Shown here: one piece after another, positions 1-12,665 of the stretch
Layout: the number at the start of each line of letters is the position of its first letter
Numbering within the stretch: the first letter of the stretch is position 1
NCBI GenBank assembly: GCA_013265495.1
Contig: MU058687.1
Span: forward strand, 3,784,001-3,848,000
Reading direction: 5' to 3'
Source: Vicugna vicugna
Lineage: Eukaryota
DNA: 64,000 bases
The notes under the pieces: model-generated
Database searches by the model: none
What the model saw: only the letters and a program-made list of their open reading frames with translations
Told to the model about the DNA's origin: nothing
Program-made: the position numbers and the translations under genes

Positions 1-1674
1 TACCCCTATCCTCTTTCCTGTTCTCTCTTTCTGATCCTTTCTTCTCCAAAACACCAAGAAAATTCTTCCTCTTATTCCACGTAGAATGAGCCCGCCCAGT
101 TTTAGGTGGCCCTGGTAAACTCTTCCTCCCCTCCATCCTCTTTCCCAAACAAATTTAAGTCTTTCTCAGGCAACTTCCAGTGAACAAGATTTTCTCCATC
201 GTGTTACATTAATCTCCGAGCTGGTCTGAAACGCAGGTTTTTAATTTTCAAATCTCTGCTCTTCCCACAGCATAATTTATCTCCTCTAAATAAGATATTC
301 TGTGCGAGTAAAGCCGTCACCACATGATGATATACTTGTGTTTTGTTTGAATTTGTCACATCTGTTGCCCTTCACAGGAGGGAGCAAAGATCAGCCAACA
401 TTTTAATGGGCTGATACCTAAAATCAAGGCTTAAATTCTTTGCATTAACTAATTATTAAAATCTTTGCAATTGGATATTTTTATCATGTCATTAATATAG
501 ATGTTAGTATTATCTAATTAACATATTTGCAAAGGGAATGATAACATATACCCGTTTGCTAGCAGCTCTTCCTTCTTCACTGAGTACATACCCATTTCCA
601 CTTATTAAATAAAAGATATTGGTAAATTTCCTAACATTTTTCCAGCTTTGTGCTCTCATATAGTTTAAACACTGGAGCCAGCATCTGTTTGCTTTTGTGT
701 TTGAGCATGCAAATGCTAACGGATCAGGGCTCTGGCTCCTATATTTTATGCAAGGTATTTGGCTCCGCATGAGCCAATAATGTCAAATAATAACTACAAG
801 GATTTACAAAGCCCAGTTTGAGAAAGGTCACCAAAATATAAAAGTTGACTTTAAGAGTGAATACTACAGGCTTGGAGTGCGGATGATTAAATCTTAAACC
901 TTGACTAAATTGGGAAAAATCTGGCTGGATGTGAGATTTTAAACAAACACCCAGGGATGAGCAGCCTCCTTTTCCCATGATCCTCTTAAACTTATTTCCC
1001 AGTTCAGCTACTGGGTACAGTTTTTTAAAGTACTATTCTTAAAAAAAAAAAAAAGAACAAAAGTTAGACCTTGCCAGTATTTAAAACACGTATGGTGGGA
1101 TGGAAGAGAGATATATGGCGTGAAAAGACAGATTTGAAAACGTTCCGAGGTCCCCGGATGCAAAGCATCCAGGCAGTAGAGAGAGCAGGCTGCATGTGTT
1201 ACCCTCAATCCCAGCTACAAAAGAGGCAGGGTGTTTACCAAATCTTTGAGAAAGCTTTATTCCCAGAAAGGACCAATTATAGTTGAATGCAATCTAGAAA
1301 TCTGTACTTGAACGCTACTTCCTAGAACAGGTAACGCAGAGTTCCAGGATTTGTGGACTGAGGAGGAAGTGCTGTTCGCTTTCTGGGAATGGCTGGTACC
1401 TAAAGGGCGATGATTGTCATGCATGATTGGAGAGCGTGCAGAGGATGAGCTGTTATCGTATGATGTATCTCAGTGCGAGTGCTGGATTACTCCACGTAAA
1501 AGTAATTTTATCTTGAGATCAGAACTTCAATGTGGTGCCCATTCATCAGTACACAGAACTACAGGCTACCTTAAAACAAGGGTCACTTCATGATTACCAG
1601 TTAGGCCTATCAGAGGGAAAACCATAAAGTAGCTGAGTGTTAACTCTTTCTGGAGCTTGTTCTTGAGAAATGAT

Positions 1675-1897
1675 CATGACCTCTGGAGCTAAGCCAACCT
1701 GAAGTCAGAACCCTGACTCTATCCTTACCAGCTGTGTGACTTGGTAAGTCACTTAACCTCTCTGAGCCTTAGTTTCCTTTTCTAGATTGGGAGTAATAAA
1801 GAAGAAAACAGCACGTTGTCTTTTAGAAGTAAATGAATTAGTGTGTGGAAAGGAGGTAGCTGAATACCTGGCACAAGGCAGGCCCTCAATAAATGTT
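1675..1897 (+). mobile_element. MIR SINE
   Basis: Core cagctgtgtgacttggtaagtcacttaacctctctgagccttagtttcc and tail cctggcaca...ctcaataaatgtt. Confidence 0.9.
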
Positions 1898-2689
1898 TTT
1901 CCTTTATTTCTCTTCAGTTCCTTCCTTCCCCTCACACCCACTCTTTTCTATATCAGGCCCCTATACTATGCCACATTTTCTCAGAGATGTGCGCTCAGTT
2001 TGCTGTCACACTACCCCTTCCATAGAGCTGGCTGACAACGGCTTTCAGTGTCATCTAACCCAAGCATAATACCTCTAACCTTTTAGAGGCAACGCTGGAG
2101 GATTGAAAACTTACTGTGACCTAAAGGAATGAATCTCTAATGGTGAACTTTTTGTTTTCTGGCTTGCTGGTATGGGAGTCAATTTTGTCCAGAGCCAGTC
2201 CTATCTTGGTATCATAAGTTTTACTTTCTGAACACTTTTTACCCTTTCTTCATGTGGCCTTTGTTGATAGATACCCATAAAGCCAACTTGGCTTTGAAAC
2301 AGAGGGGTCCCCAGGACTGTTTTAATAAGAAGTAAAAATAACTTACAGTTACCGTGCCAGTGCCTGTGTGCCAATGAGATTGTGCACAGCTTCATTAGTA
2401 AGTCCACTATGCTGGGCCTTTCCAGAAGTTGTGTTTCTTGATTTGGTCCCTGGATAAATTTGCAAGTACTAATCTAGTTGTTGCTGGAGAGCAAACAAAT
2501 GTAAGGCAGGACAATTTTTCCTAGATTGTTAGGCATTAGATTGGCAGGGTCTGGGACTCTGGTAAGTTCTATAGGCCTGGAGGGAGGCTGGTCATCCAGG
2601 TGCAAAGGGAAGGAATTGTTCGAGAGCCTGTGGTAGGGTAGGCCTGTGAAGTCAGTGCCTGGAAGGACATGCACTGACTTCCAAGTCCA

Positions 2690-3565
2690 AATTCAACAGA
2701 GATTTACCGAGTGCCTACTATGTTCAGGGCACCACTGTAAACATTTGGGATGTGTCAGACAGTAAGACCAACAGAAGCATTCCTGCCTATTGTGGACCTT
2801 ACTTCCTGATGGAGGGAGGGCGGGGTGAGTACACTAGATCAGCAAAAGGTGGATTGGGAGTGTGTGTGAGGAATGGAACACAATTTTTATATGAGGTAGT
2901 GAGAGAGACATCACTGAGAATGCAACATTTGGATGAAAACTACACAGAGGTGAATATACAGATCAGGAGTTGGTGTGGAGTGTGGTGCAGGTAGAAGAAA
3001 TAACTTGGCAAATGCTCTGAGGGGAAAGCCTTCCCGGCATGTTTAGGAACAGCCAGGAGGCGAGTGTGCCTGAAGGAGAGTAAACAAGAGGAAGAGAAAT
3101 AGGAGGCGGGTCAGGGGTACAGGTGGGGGCGTATCTTCTAGAGAGACAGGGGACCCCTGCGGAGGCTCCCAGGTGAGGGTGAGGGTGGTTTGGGCCAGGG
3201 TGGCAGCAAGGGGTAGGATGGGCTTATTTGGAAAGTACAGCCAGCAGGATTTGCTGTTAGATTAAATGTGGGGTGTGAGAAGATAGGGTCAGGGATGACT
3301 CCAAGGCATTTGTCCTGAGTAACAGGAAGGAAGGCATTGCCCTTGATGGAGACGGGGAGACTGGGCTGGGGGAGAAGACAATTTAAGGAGAAAAAGCCAG
3401 AGTTTAGTTAAGTCACTTTAAGTCTGAGACGCCACAATCTGGATCGACCTCCAAGGGGACATGTCGAGGAGGCACTTGGGTTTGAGGCTGAAGTTCAGGG
3501 AAGAGAGAGGCTGGGCTGGAGATGTAACTCTGAGTCATCAGCTCACAGATGGCAGTTAAGGCCAA
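2690..3565 (-). mobile_element. L2 LINE 3' region
   Basis: attcaacagagatttaccgagtgcctactatgttcagggcac (reverse of the L2 tail) followed by purine-rich L2 body (ggatgactccaagg, gggctggagatg). Confidence 0.85.
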
Positions 3566-4579
3566 GGCACTTTCCAGAATCACTACCTTTTAGTGAGATT
3601 TTCGTGCCTTTGATAGAACTCATACTCCCCCAGGATGGGGGTTTGCTGTAGCTGACTTCTACTGTGACCACCTGTCTGAGGCTTACGTCTGATTGGATTC
3701 AGGTGCCTTTGGAGTGGAGGGTTGGTCTGCTCCCCAAGGAGGATTAAAAATGATCCATCCACTGAGATGTTCGGAAGAAAAGGCTAGAACTTCTGTTTAT
3801 CTTTGATCTTGTCTTAAATGTTTTCTCTGTGTGTGTTTTCTGATATGCTTACTATGTGGTTATCATATATAAAAGAAGCTTACATTTCCTGAGAATGTGT
3901 GTTTTAAAACTTCTAACAAACAAAGTGGGAGATTAAAGAAGTTTCCAGACCACTGCCTGTTTCTTTGTCCCTGTTGGAGTGAGACAGACACACAGCTTGC
4001 TTGTTGTAGAAAAGATCCTTCTTAAGGAAATATTCAGGTTCTGCCAACACTTGTTGAAGCACCTACTAGGGCCACCAGAGCAATGGGCATTTTCACCTTT
4101 ACATCCTGAGAGCAACCCTAGGAGTTTGAATCAAAGAATCACTCCTCATGAAGGAACAGGAGTGGGAAGGCGAGCTGACAGTGGGCACAGGGTGGGAGCC
4201 TTCTCAGAACCCCCACCAGCCCATGAGATAGCCCTTGCTCAGATAAACAGGGGAGGTGTCCTTCCAGGCTCTCACTTCAAGAACCACTGTTTTCTAGACC
4301 ATCATCTCCCCCATAGAACTCCTGGTTTGACATAACTCAATTTTTTTTCTCTTCAAATTCCTTTTGGGTTTCAGAAAACACTCTCATCTCGAGCCTGCAC
4401 TTGAAATGATAGAAATCATCTGGCAACGTCAAGTGGTGGTCAACGTCTCCCCGGGGAGGGAAAAAGGCTGTTGCATTTTAAAAATCGTTTTCTCCCTCTT
4501 TTAGGCTTTCTTAGAAAAGCCTCAAGTTTCACCCATTGTCTGTGGTCCTCAGGCGCTTTGTCAGCTCTTTTCAGTTATC

Positions 4580-4730
4580 TTCACGTGTTGATATCTTATT
4601 TCTCAATCTAGACTGTAAAAACATTGAGGGTCAGAACTCTGCCCAGGTCCTTTAAGCTCTCTCTCCATCAGTCTTACCTTTTAGTGTCCTGCACCTTGTG
4701 GGTGTTGAATAAGGACTCGTTGACTGATTT
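4580..4730 (+). mobile_element. L2 3' end fragment
   Basis: ctagactgtaaa...tgagggtcaga...gtgttgaataa...gttgactga. Confidence 0.55.
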
Positions 4731-5154
4731 CTCTATCGTTGGTTCAAAAGCCTCAACCATAAAATAAACGAAAGCGTTAAAGAGTTCATACCAGCCAGGA
4801 TCCGAAAGGTAGGCAGCCTCAGCCTGCTGCCCTCCCTCTGTCCTCACCCCCAGTAGTTTGCTAAGTAGAAAGGGGGAGTGTTGCACGAGGCTCCTGGGGT
4901 CTACTGAGGCCTCTGGATCAGGACAGAAATAATTTCAGAGACCGAACTCTCTCTCCATGGAAAGCCCTGTCTCCAGCTCCATGAAACGTAAATCTGGGGA
5001 TCGGTGGGGACGACACAGGCAGTCATGTGATGGTAACGGGCAAGAGTGTGAGTCTGGAGAGAGTGTCACTATGGAAACCAGAACCCCAACTCTGAAGGTT
5101 TTGCCTGGGTTCACAAAAGCCTTCCAGGTCTTTGTCTCTCTGTTTTAAAAAGGG

Positions 5155-5395
5155 ACTCCTCAAAGTAGACTCGGGAGAACATGCTGCGGAGCTAAGCCTT
5201 CAGAATCCAGAGCTCCTCAGAATCACTGGAGAAGCAAGTTAAATCCAGGTTCATCGGCCCGCTCTCCCAGAGTCTGATTCAGTGGGCCTGGAGTGGGGGC
5301 CCAGGGATCTGCCTTTAATGCAGCGCCATTATTTATTTAATTTATATAAATAAATAACTGTGGGTGATTCTGGAGACCACACTTTGAGAGTTACC
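5155..5395. mobile_element. MER5A-type hAT-Charlie DNA transposon
   Basis: agaatcactgg...ctgattcagtgggcctggagtggggcccagg...gaccacactttgag. Confidence 0.8.
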
Positions 5396-5594
5396 TACTT
5401 TTACTTGGAGTTGTGGGTGAGGCTTGAGTCTGGGTCCTTCGAGTTGGTCTGATTGTCTTTATTGTGTTAACTATCCCTTTGCCAGTAGCTGCCTTTTCCC
5501 TTGTGTCCTTGGTCCTTTGACGTTAAGCTGTGACTGCTTTCCCAGGCCTGAGTTTGAACTGGTATTTTGGACGGCAGGGTGGAGACTTCAGAAT

Positions 5595-5715
5595 ACTCAT
5601 TTCTTTGGTAAGTGTTTGCCAAGCATGGGCTTTGTTCCAGGCCCTGTTCTAGGCACGTGGAGTGAACAGGGATGAATGAGACCCAGACCGTGCTCTCCTG
5701 AAGCTTCTGTCCTAG
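5595..5715 (-). mobile_element. L2 3' end fragment
   Basis: ttgttccaggccctgttctaggcac...atgaatgagacccagaccgtgctctc. Confidence 0.55.
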
Positions 5716-7247
5716 AAGACTCTTGGGTCTGTATTTATGGTCCCTTCTCTGAAGCTCTAAGATAATTCTGGGGCATCGAGTTAGCACGCGTGTGCTTGGC
5801 ACTTGTGCAGAGCTTTTCCTCTCCTCTGTTCGTGGGTGACCAGTGACTTGTCTGAGGTGACTGATAGTAATGGAGGTGCAGCAGGTAGGGTGTGCTTTGA
5901 GTTCTTGGCTGTTGTAAACACTAAATGTTCTAAAGGGTAAGCATTCGCATGTGACCACCCCAGGGCTCCCTCTTACTGGCCCTCCTGTGAGAGCACTTTT
6001 GGAGGAGACAGCCAGGGGGACAGCTTCCTGTTAGATACAGTGCACTGCACTGCGACAGTGGCTTTCTTCCAGGATTAAGGCAAGTCGTTCAACCCTACAT
6101 GCCTCCATCGTGGCCCAGGTCCTGCTGTGACTTTCTAGAATTTCTGGAATCCACACTAAGCCCTGCCTTTTGTCTATTTGGTGTCTGTCATAGTGGTATC
6201 TTGAGATGTAAAGTTGTAACTTGCTATAATTTTTACTTCTAGGGGGCAGGAATCAAATCTGCCTTCAGAGCAATGGAACATACTTGGAAGTGGAGAGCAA
6301 AGAACCAAAATTAAGAGGGAGAGAGTGGGCTCCCTGACTGTGGAGAGAGGTGCATGACCTTCCTGTCCTTGACCTTGAGCTCAGGGACACCACCCATTTT
6401 CACAACCTGTAAATTCTGGTGTCCTGGAGTAAAGCAACAGGCACTCATCCTAGTTATGAGCCTTGTTGGGGTGTGAGTACCAATGCTAACTAGTGAAGGA
6501 GGCAACGGAGAGAGCAGGGACAGAGAGAAGGCAGAGCAGCTTTGGGGACCATGAAGTTAATAGTGACCTGGAATGAGGGACAGCTTCCTGCCTTTGTCAT
6601 CAGGAGGGAGCCCTGCAGTTTTTAACTGACCGGTGGCTGTGTCCCTGTCTACAAGGCCTGCTCTGGGGTTGCAAAGGCTGTCCAACTCTGTGTTTTAGAT
6701 GGAGCACTGGAGATTTTTCTTTGAATGCTTTAGATCGAAATAAAATTTCTTTCTTTCAGCATCCTACTTTATTTTACACTCCTGGAGCCCTGCAAGGGCC
6801 ACAGTGTAGAGTATTGATATTATTCTCCTAGGAAGTTGGGGTCTTTATTTTTTAACTACCTTTGTTTAGAGCATCGAAAGTTGAATAGATGAATAAGGAA
6901 TATTTGGGGCAATGAAGTATGTAAGACGTGCTCACAGTCAAAATCTGAGATCCCGAGGGTCGTTTCTGACTCAATTTAGGCTCTCCTGGAGCTTGGTGAC
7001 TTCAGAGCACCCAGGGGGAGGTGGATGGATGGGTGAATACCTAGGGGTGGATGAAGAGTGAGGGTGAGTATTGTATGTTCCTCTCCTTCCCTTGGTGATT
7101 GGGTTATTATTGCTGAAACTGAGGCAGGCCTTTCTGCCCCCCAAAGAATAAATCATTCCCAGCAGAGTAAATGTCGTCCACAGACATATTTACGGTTCTC
7201 ACCAGCTCTGCCCTTTAAGCTGCTTCTCTGTAATGTTTCCCTTAAAG

Positions 7248-7466
7248 CTGCAACATCCAGTAGAGTAGCCACTAGCCACACGTGGCTATTTCGTTTTTAT
7301 ATAATGAAAATGAAATGAAATAAAATAAAATTTAAATTTCAGTTCCCCCCTCTCACTAGTCATGTTTCAAGTGCTTGTAGCCACATGTAATAGCAGCTAA
7401 CATGACGGCCAGCGCAGAACCGCAGAACATTTCCAGCATCGCAGACATTCCTATTTGACAGAGCTG
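7248..7466 (-). mobile_element. MER3 hAT-Charlie MITE
   Basis: gtagccactagccacacgtggctattt ... ttcaagtgct...agccacatgt ... gaacatttccagcatcgcagacattcctatttgacagagctg. Confidence 0.85.
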
Positions 7467-7814
7467 CCTCATCGTGCTTGGGGGACTAGAACCCCCTTGA
7501 GCCTGTGTTTGCAGGGGGGGAAGTGGGGACCTTCCTTCTCAATGGACCTGGTAATTACCACAGACCCAGGGCTACCTGATGACCAGCTCAGGAGTGGAAA
7601 TGACAGACTCACAAGGCACAGGGTGGCACAGAACTTTTTGGGGACTTAAAAATCGGTAAAATGAGCTACAGTGGAAGTGCGAGGATGAATCAAGTCTGGG
7701 ACAAATTAGACTTAAGAAGTAGGAGCAGAATCCAGGCCCAGGAAAATGTAGTCATGGGGACTTTTAGGTTATAATCTGGGACTTCATAGTTGAAAACTGG
7801 AAGGTGCTTTTGTG

Positions 7815-7965
7815 GTGGTTTTATTTCCGTTATGTTAGAGATGAGCAAGTTCAGTGTTTGAGAGGCTGAGTGACTTGTGCAAGGCAGTGGGAATGGTTAG
7901 GCTGAGAGTAGGACCTGGAGCTCCTGACTCTGAATTCTTTGCCTTTTGTATTGGACCACATTGCC
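7815..7965 (-). mobile_element. MIR SINE
   Basis: agagatgag...gagaggctgagtgacttgtgcaagg...ctcctgactc. Confidence 0.65.
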
Positions 7966-8169
7966 TCTCAAAGAAAACAACAGCTTATAGCCTGATTGGC
8001 CATAGTGAGTTTCTCTTCTCATCTGTTGAAGACCCTTGTCAGGGCAAATGGACTAATCATCTGAGGCGGGGAGGTGGGGGGTGGTTGTGTTTGGCCCCAT
8101 GAAACCTTGTGATACCCTAGGTGTAGAAGTCGGAGAGGAGAGGGAAATACTGTCTTTGACTCTCCATCA

Positions 8170-8365
8170 TATACTAGGTGCTGTGCAGGTCTTTAAAATA
8201 TATTGTCACATGGGTAGCAGATATTGTTTTCTCATATTAACAGATGAAGAAACTGAGGCTCAGATAAATTTAGAACTTGCCCAAAGTCTCAAAGCTAGTA
8301 AGCAGCTGGGATACAAATTTAGGGCTGTGCTACTTCCAAGCTCGGTCTTTGCACCATTCCACAGT
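8170..8365 (-). mobile_element. MIR SINE
   Basis: cagatgaagaaactgaggctcaga...acttgcccaaagtc. Confidence 0.8.
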
Positions 8366-8377
8366 GTTTTAACAAGC

Positions 8378-8691
8378 AAACCCAGTGGTAACAAAATAAT
8401 ACACCCAGAACCCTGGAGTGGAGGTGTATGTATGGCATTACCTGTGTCTGAGGATGTGGGTTTGGGAAGGATGTCAGCAGACCCTGGGTCAGTGCCTTCT
8501 TAGACATAAGATGCTCCCAGCTATGTATGTGAGGAAACCCAGTGGTAACAAAATAATACACCCAGAACCCTGGAGTGGAGGTGTATGTATGGCATTACCT
8601 GTGTCTGAGGATGTGGGTTTGGGAAGGATGTCAGCAGACCCTGGGTCAGTGCCTTCTTAGACATAAGATGCTCCCAGCTATGTATGTGAGG
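8378..8691. repeat. Perfect tandem duplication, 2 x 157 bp
   Basis: aaacccagtggtaacaaaataat...ctatgtatgtgagg at 8378..8534 repeated at 8535..8691; explains the duplicated peptide tails in the ORF track. Confidence 0.97.
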
Positions 8692-9484
8692 AGAGAAAAA
8701 TAAAGGCTTAGGAGTAGGGTGGACGAACAGGACTGCCATTTCTTTGGAGTCCAACTGCATGAGTCAAAGTGAAATTGCCTCTTTTAAACTGGTGGCAGAG
8801 GAGAGTGTCCAGCTGATCCCTGCTCTGAACACATATGAGCCCTTAAGATAAGTTCCCTAGTTGCTGAAATCGGATAAAAGTAAATATCTTTACGCAGCCA
8901 AGTTGGCTCCAGATGTTAGTGCCAGGGATTTGTGTACTAAGGATGCTAAGAGGTAGGTTTTCTGGAGTCTCTGAAGAAGGGAAACATAGATGGAGAGCAT
9001 CGAGATGAGAAGTGCTCACTAAGGGCAGAGAGATTTTAGGCTCCTCCTTTTAACCCAGAGTCTTCAGTAAGTGAGAAGACAACAGGTTGAATTGTGCCAA
9101 TAGCTGAACTTCCTGGAGGCAGAGGAGTGAAGGGATGGCAGAAAAGAATGCTATTCATGGCTTAGAAAGCAGTTGTCACCCAATGGGTTGTACTAGTTCC
9201 TGGGAGAGAAGCATGCATACCTTGGGAATGTCAGCTCATCAAAAGCTTGGTTTGCAGCTGCAAGCCCAAAGGGGAACTGAGAAAACCAGCCACTGTGTGG
9301 CAGACATCTTGCATCCTCCAAGATTTTGAGTTGGGGGAAAGAAGGACTGTCTTGTCCTGAGAGGACTTATTCAGTCCTTTTTAGGCCTTTAGATTTGAAG
9401 ATAGCTGTTTCTTTTACCGAATACAGCCTTACAGGAAGGGTCTCTTGGGAGTAAAGCCAAGTGTCTGATTTGGAGCAAGGGTAG

Positions 9485-9980
9485 TCTATCAGTTATTTAT
9501 TGCTGCATAACAAGAAGATTGCTTAAAATAACAGGTTGTTATTTCTCCTGATTCTTTGGGTTGACCCAGTAATTCTGTCCTGAGTACTTGTATAGTGTCA
9601 TTCATCTGGCAGAAGGGGTGAGCTAGAAGATCAAGAAGGTCTTTCCCACACATCTGGGGCCTCAGTTCTCCTCCACGTGGCTTCTAATCTTCCAGGGCCT
9701 CTCCACATGGCTCTTCTCTCCAGCAGGAGAGCCTGGGCTTCCTTGTAGCATGGCAGTTGGGTCCCAAGGGAATAAGAGCAGAAACTGTCAGATGTCTTAA
9801 GGGCTAGGCGGGTAACTAGCACAGCATCCCTTCTGCCACTTCTTGTGGATCAAAGCGAGTCTCAAGGCCAGCCCAGATTCATGGGGAGGGAAGACAGGCT
9901 ATACCTCTTGATGAGAGGAGCACCATGTGCATGTCAGGATGGGAGGAGTTATTGGCAGCCATGTTTGCAGGCAAATTGCT
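9485..9980 (-). mobile_element. MLT1-family MaLR solo LTR
   Basis: atcagttatttattgctgcataacaa...cttaaaataaca ... aaggccagcccagattcatggggaggg...cctcttgatgagaggagc. Confidence 0.85.
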
Positions 9981-9988
9981 GTAGGAAG

Positions 9989-10515
9989 TGTGGTATCATG
10001 ATATAAAAAAATCACAATAAGAAATATATACTTGGTCTTCATCCCCGGTCCCTGGCACTAGAACTTGGTACTTCCTGAATGATAGGAGTGAGAGGAGTAT
10101 TTTTCGTTATTTATAACAAGCCCCTTTCAATATACCTGAATTTATGCTAATGAGATGACTTTTGATGGGCCCTTAAATAGCATCAGGGTAGGTGCTGGTT
10201 GCCAGAGGCACCAACCACATGATTAGAGAGGTGGGGGCATCACTTCTCAACCTCCAGGAAGAAGAGAGGGGATAAAGATTGAGTTAGTCACCAAATGGTC
10301 AGTGATTTAACCAATCATGCCTATGTCATGGAACCTTAATAAAAACCCTAAACGACAGGTTCAGGGAGCTCCTGGATTGGTGAACACATTGCACCCCTCC
10401 TTCACACTCTGCGCTATGCATCTCTTCCATTTGGCTGCTCCTGAGTTGTATCCTTTATAATAAGTAAGTAGAGTGTTTTCCTGAGTCCTGTGAGCTGCTC
10501 TAGCAAATTATTGAG
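9989..10515 (+). mobile_element. MER21-family ERVL LTR (partial)
   Basis: tgtggtatcatgata...aacaagcccctttcaa...tttatgctaatgag ... tgatttaaccaatcatgcctatgt ... tcctgagtcctgtgagctgctctagcaaatta. Confidence 0.8.
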
Positions 10516-10519
10516 CAAT

Positions 10520-10710
10520 TATAGTTTGCAATATGTAGCTCATAAAAATACAGGACACCCAGTTAAATTTGAATTTTGGATAAATGAGACTTTTTTTTTA
10601 AGTTATAATTATATCCCATGGAATATTTGGTACATACTTACACCAAAGTATTTGTTGCTTTTTAGATACTCAAATTTAAGTAGACACTTTATATTTTATC
10701 TCACACCCCT
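10520..10710. mobile_element. MER53 palindromic hAT MITE
   Basis: ataaaaatacaggacacccagttaaatttgaatttt ... tcaaatttaagtagacactttatattttatc (inverted arms). Confidence 0.8.
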
Positions 10711-10845
10711 ACCCCATGGTAACAGTGGCTCTCCAAGGGAGAGATTCTCATAGGGGCATGGGTGGGAGCTGTAGGAGTGCATTGGCATCCAGAATCTGTA
10801 GTCCAAGGCATAAATATTTTGACCCCTCCAATCCCAGTGCCCCAG

Positions 10846-11005
10846 GCCAATGCTTCTCAAACTAATATGCATATGAATCACCCGGGGATTTTTTTAAAAT
10901 GAGGATTCTGCCTTAGAAGGTTTGGGGTAGGACCTGAGATTCTGCGTTTCTAACAAGCTCCCCAGTGACGTTTCTGACAGTTCATGGGTCGCACTTTGAA
11001 GAAAC
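10846..11005. mobile_element. MER5A/B DNA transposon
   Basis: tgcttctcaaact...gaatcacc...gacctgagattctgcgtttctaacaagctcccca. Confidence 0.8.
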
Positions 11006-11014
11006 TTAGTCTAA

Positions 11015-11160
11015 AAAGGCTAGAGAGAACATATTTTTGGCTTTGCAGACTCTAGGGTCTCTGTTGCAAGTATTCAACTTTGGTGTCTTATAGAATTTTA
11101 TTTACAGAAATAGATGGTGGATAGGCTTTGGCCAAGCAGGCTGTAATTTGCTAACCCCTG
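11015..11160. mobile_element. MER58A DNA transposon fragment
   Basis: tatttttggctttgcag...gtctctgttgcaagtattcaact...ttttatttacagaaa...tttgctaacccctg. Confidence 0.7.
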
Positions 11161-11621
11161 AGTGTGATGATTCTGATGTGCCCTCTTCTCTAATGAGAAT
11201 CTTTGGTGCAAGGAAGGAAAGACTTGTATCCCTTGTACTAGAAGTCTGTGATTCAGGAGTTCAGAAAGGATGGCCCTAAATCCCTCACCCTCAAGTACAA
11301 ATCTCTCTCCGCTCACAATTACTTTGAGTCTTCAGCTAATATTTGGTTCTCTATTGAAATGCAAATTGCCTGAACTAGGAATCCTTTTAAGCTGATAAAT
11401 AGCCTTTACATCCCAGAATAAATGTATTTAGGATCCCAGTTGAAGGAGAACAGAAGAGGACCCTGGAACAGGAAAGTTGAGGCTATCACTCATTTATATT
11501 TTTGTCCAGGGTAGGACTGGTGGTCCTTACCTTGTTCTCCACCTTTAACATCTGCTTGCCAATGTTGATAATTAAAATATTCATCTTACTAAAGAGTATT
11601 TGAGTGTGAAAGAGCAGTCCT

Positions 11622-11715
11622 TGATCAACTGTCATGTTTGCCTGGGACAGAGATTTCTCAGGATGTGGGACTTTTTCAGTGCTAAAACCAGGACAGTTGT
11701 AGGCAAACGAGGTTA
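11622..11715. mobile_element. MER81/MER94-type hAT-Blackjack MITE
   Basis: gtttgcctgggac...tgggactttttcagtgctaaaaccaggacagt...ggcaaac. Confidence 0.6.
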
Positions 11716-12009
11716 GAGGGAGAAAGTCAGTGAGCTCTCAGATGATCAGTTTCCACAATAACGATTTGGTGCCAACACAACATATCCCCCCGAACTCAAA
11801 GACGGTTAAAAAAGTCTTAAAAGAATATCCGTTTTATCTTACGTGAACTTGAAATTGGAGGCACTGCTACAAGTGACACAAACGTGGAACCCTGACTTCT
11901 GTAAGGTTTGGGTTGCTTCTTAGGGCCACATTTCATAGCCCTCTCAGTTGGTGCTTGCTGGTGGTGACAGTGGTTTGAATGGTGATAGTAATAACAATAA
12001 TGCTTATAA

Positions 12010-12230
12010 AGAACAGCTAACATTTATTGGGTGCTTAATATATGTCAAGTAAACTGTGTATTTCACATTCATTATCTTCATTATCTTATTAGATGCTCTC
12101 ACAACAATCCTGTGAGCCACGTACTGTTATTTTTCTCGATATTACAGACAATTAAATTGTGGTTTAGAGAATTGCATTGACTTGTCTAAGGTCCCGTGGC
12201 TGATGTACTGAGGTTCAAACTCTCTAGACC
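12010..12230 (-). mobile_element. MIR SINE
   Basis: agctaacatttattgggtgctta...ctcacaacaatcctgtgag...tgacttgtctaaggtc. Confidence 0.75.
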
Positions 12231-12519
12231 CTTAATTACTCATGAGTCAATTACACCAAAGCCTGTTCTGTATTTTTGTCCAGCTTCTAGGAGCCCTCTC
12301 TTGGGCCTCCTTCCCTGGTATAGTGGGACACTTGTCTTTGATAGGATATTTAACTTCAGTGAGCTTTTTTCCTTATTTGCTTACAAAAGGGTGGCATTTA
12401 ACACCAGTTGGATCGTCTATTTCTTTCCCCATTCCCTCCTGGCCCCTCTTTGTGCCACAGCCATAATTGTTTCATTATGCAGGGCACATTCTCTACCATC
12501 AAAGAAGGTTTGCTGTAGT

Positions 12520-12665
12520 TCAGTGGTTCTCCAAGTGTGGTCAGTGAACCTGGGAACGGTGAGACATGCAAAGTTTTTGAGTCCCATGCTAGACTTAGTG
12601 AATCAGAAACTCTGGGGTGGGGCCCAGCAATCTGTTCCACGGTAAGGTTTGAGAACCATTGGTCT
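12520..12665. mobile_element. MER5A DNA transposon
   Basis: cagtggttctccaagtgtggtc...gaatcagaaactctggggtggggcccagcaatctg...tttgagaaccattg. Confidence 0.85.

Noticed and set aside
8378..8691. Repeat as a CRISPR-like array or repeat-protein gene
   Set aside because: Only two contiguous copies, no spacers, eukaryotic context, and a unit length not divisible by 3.
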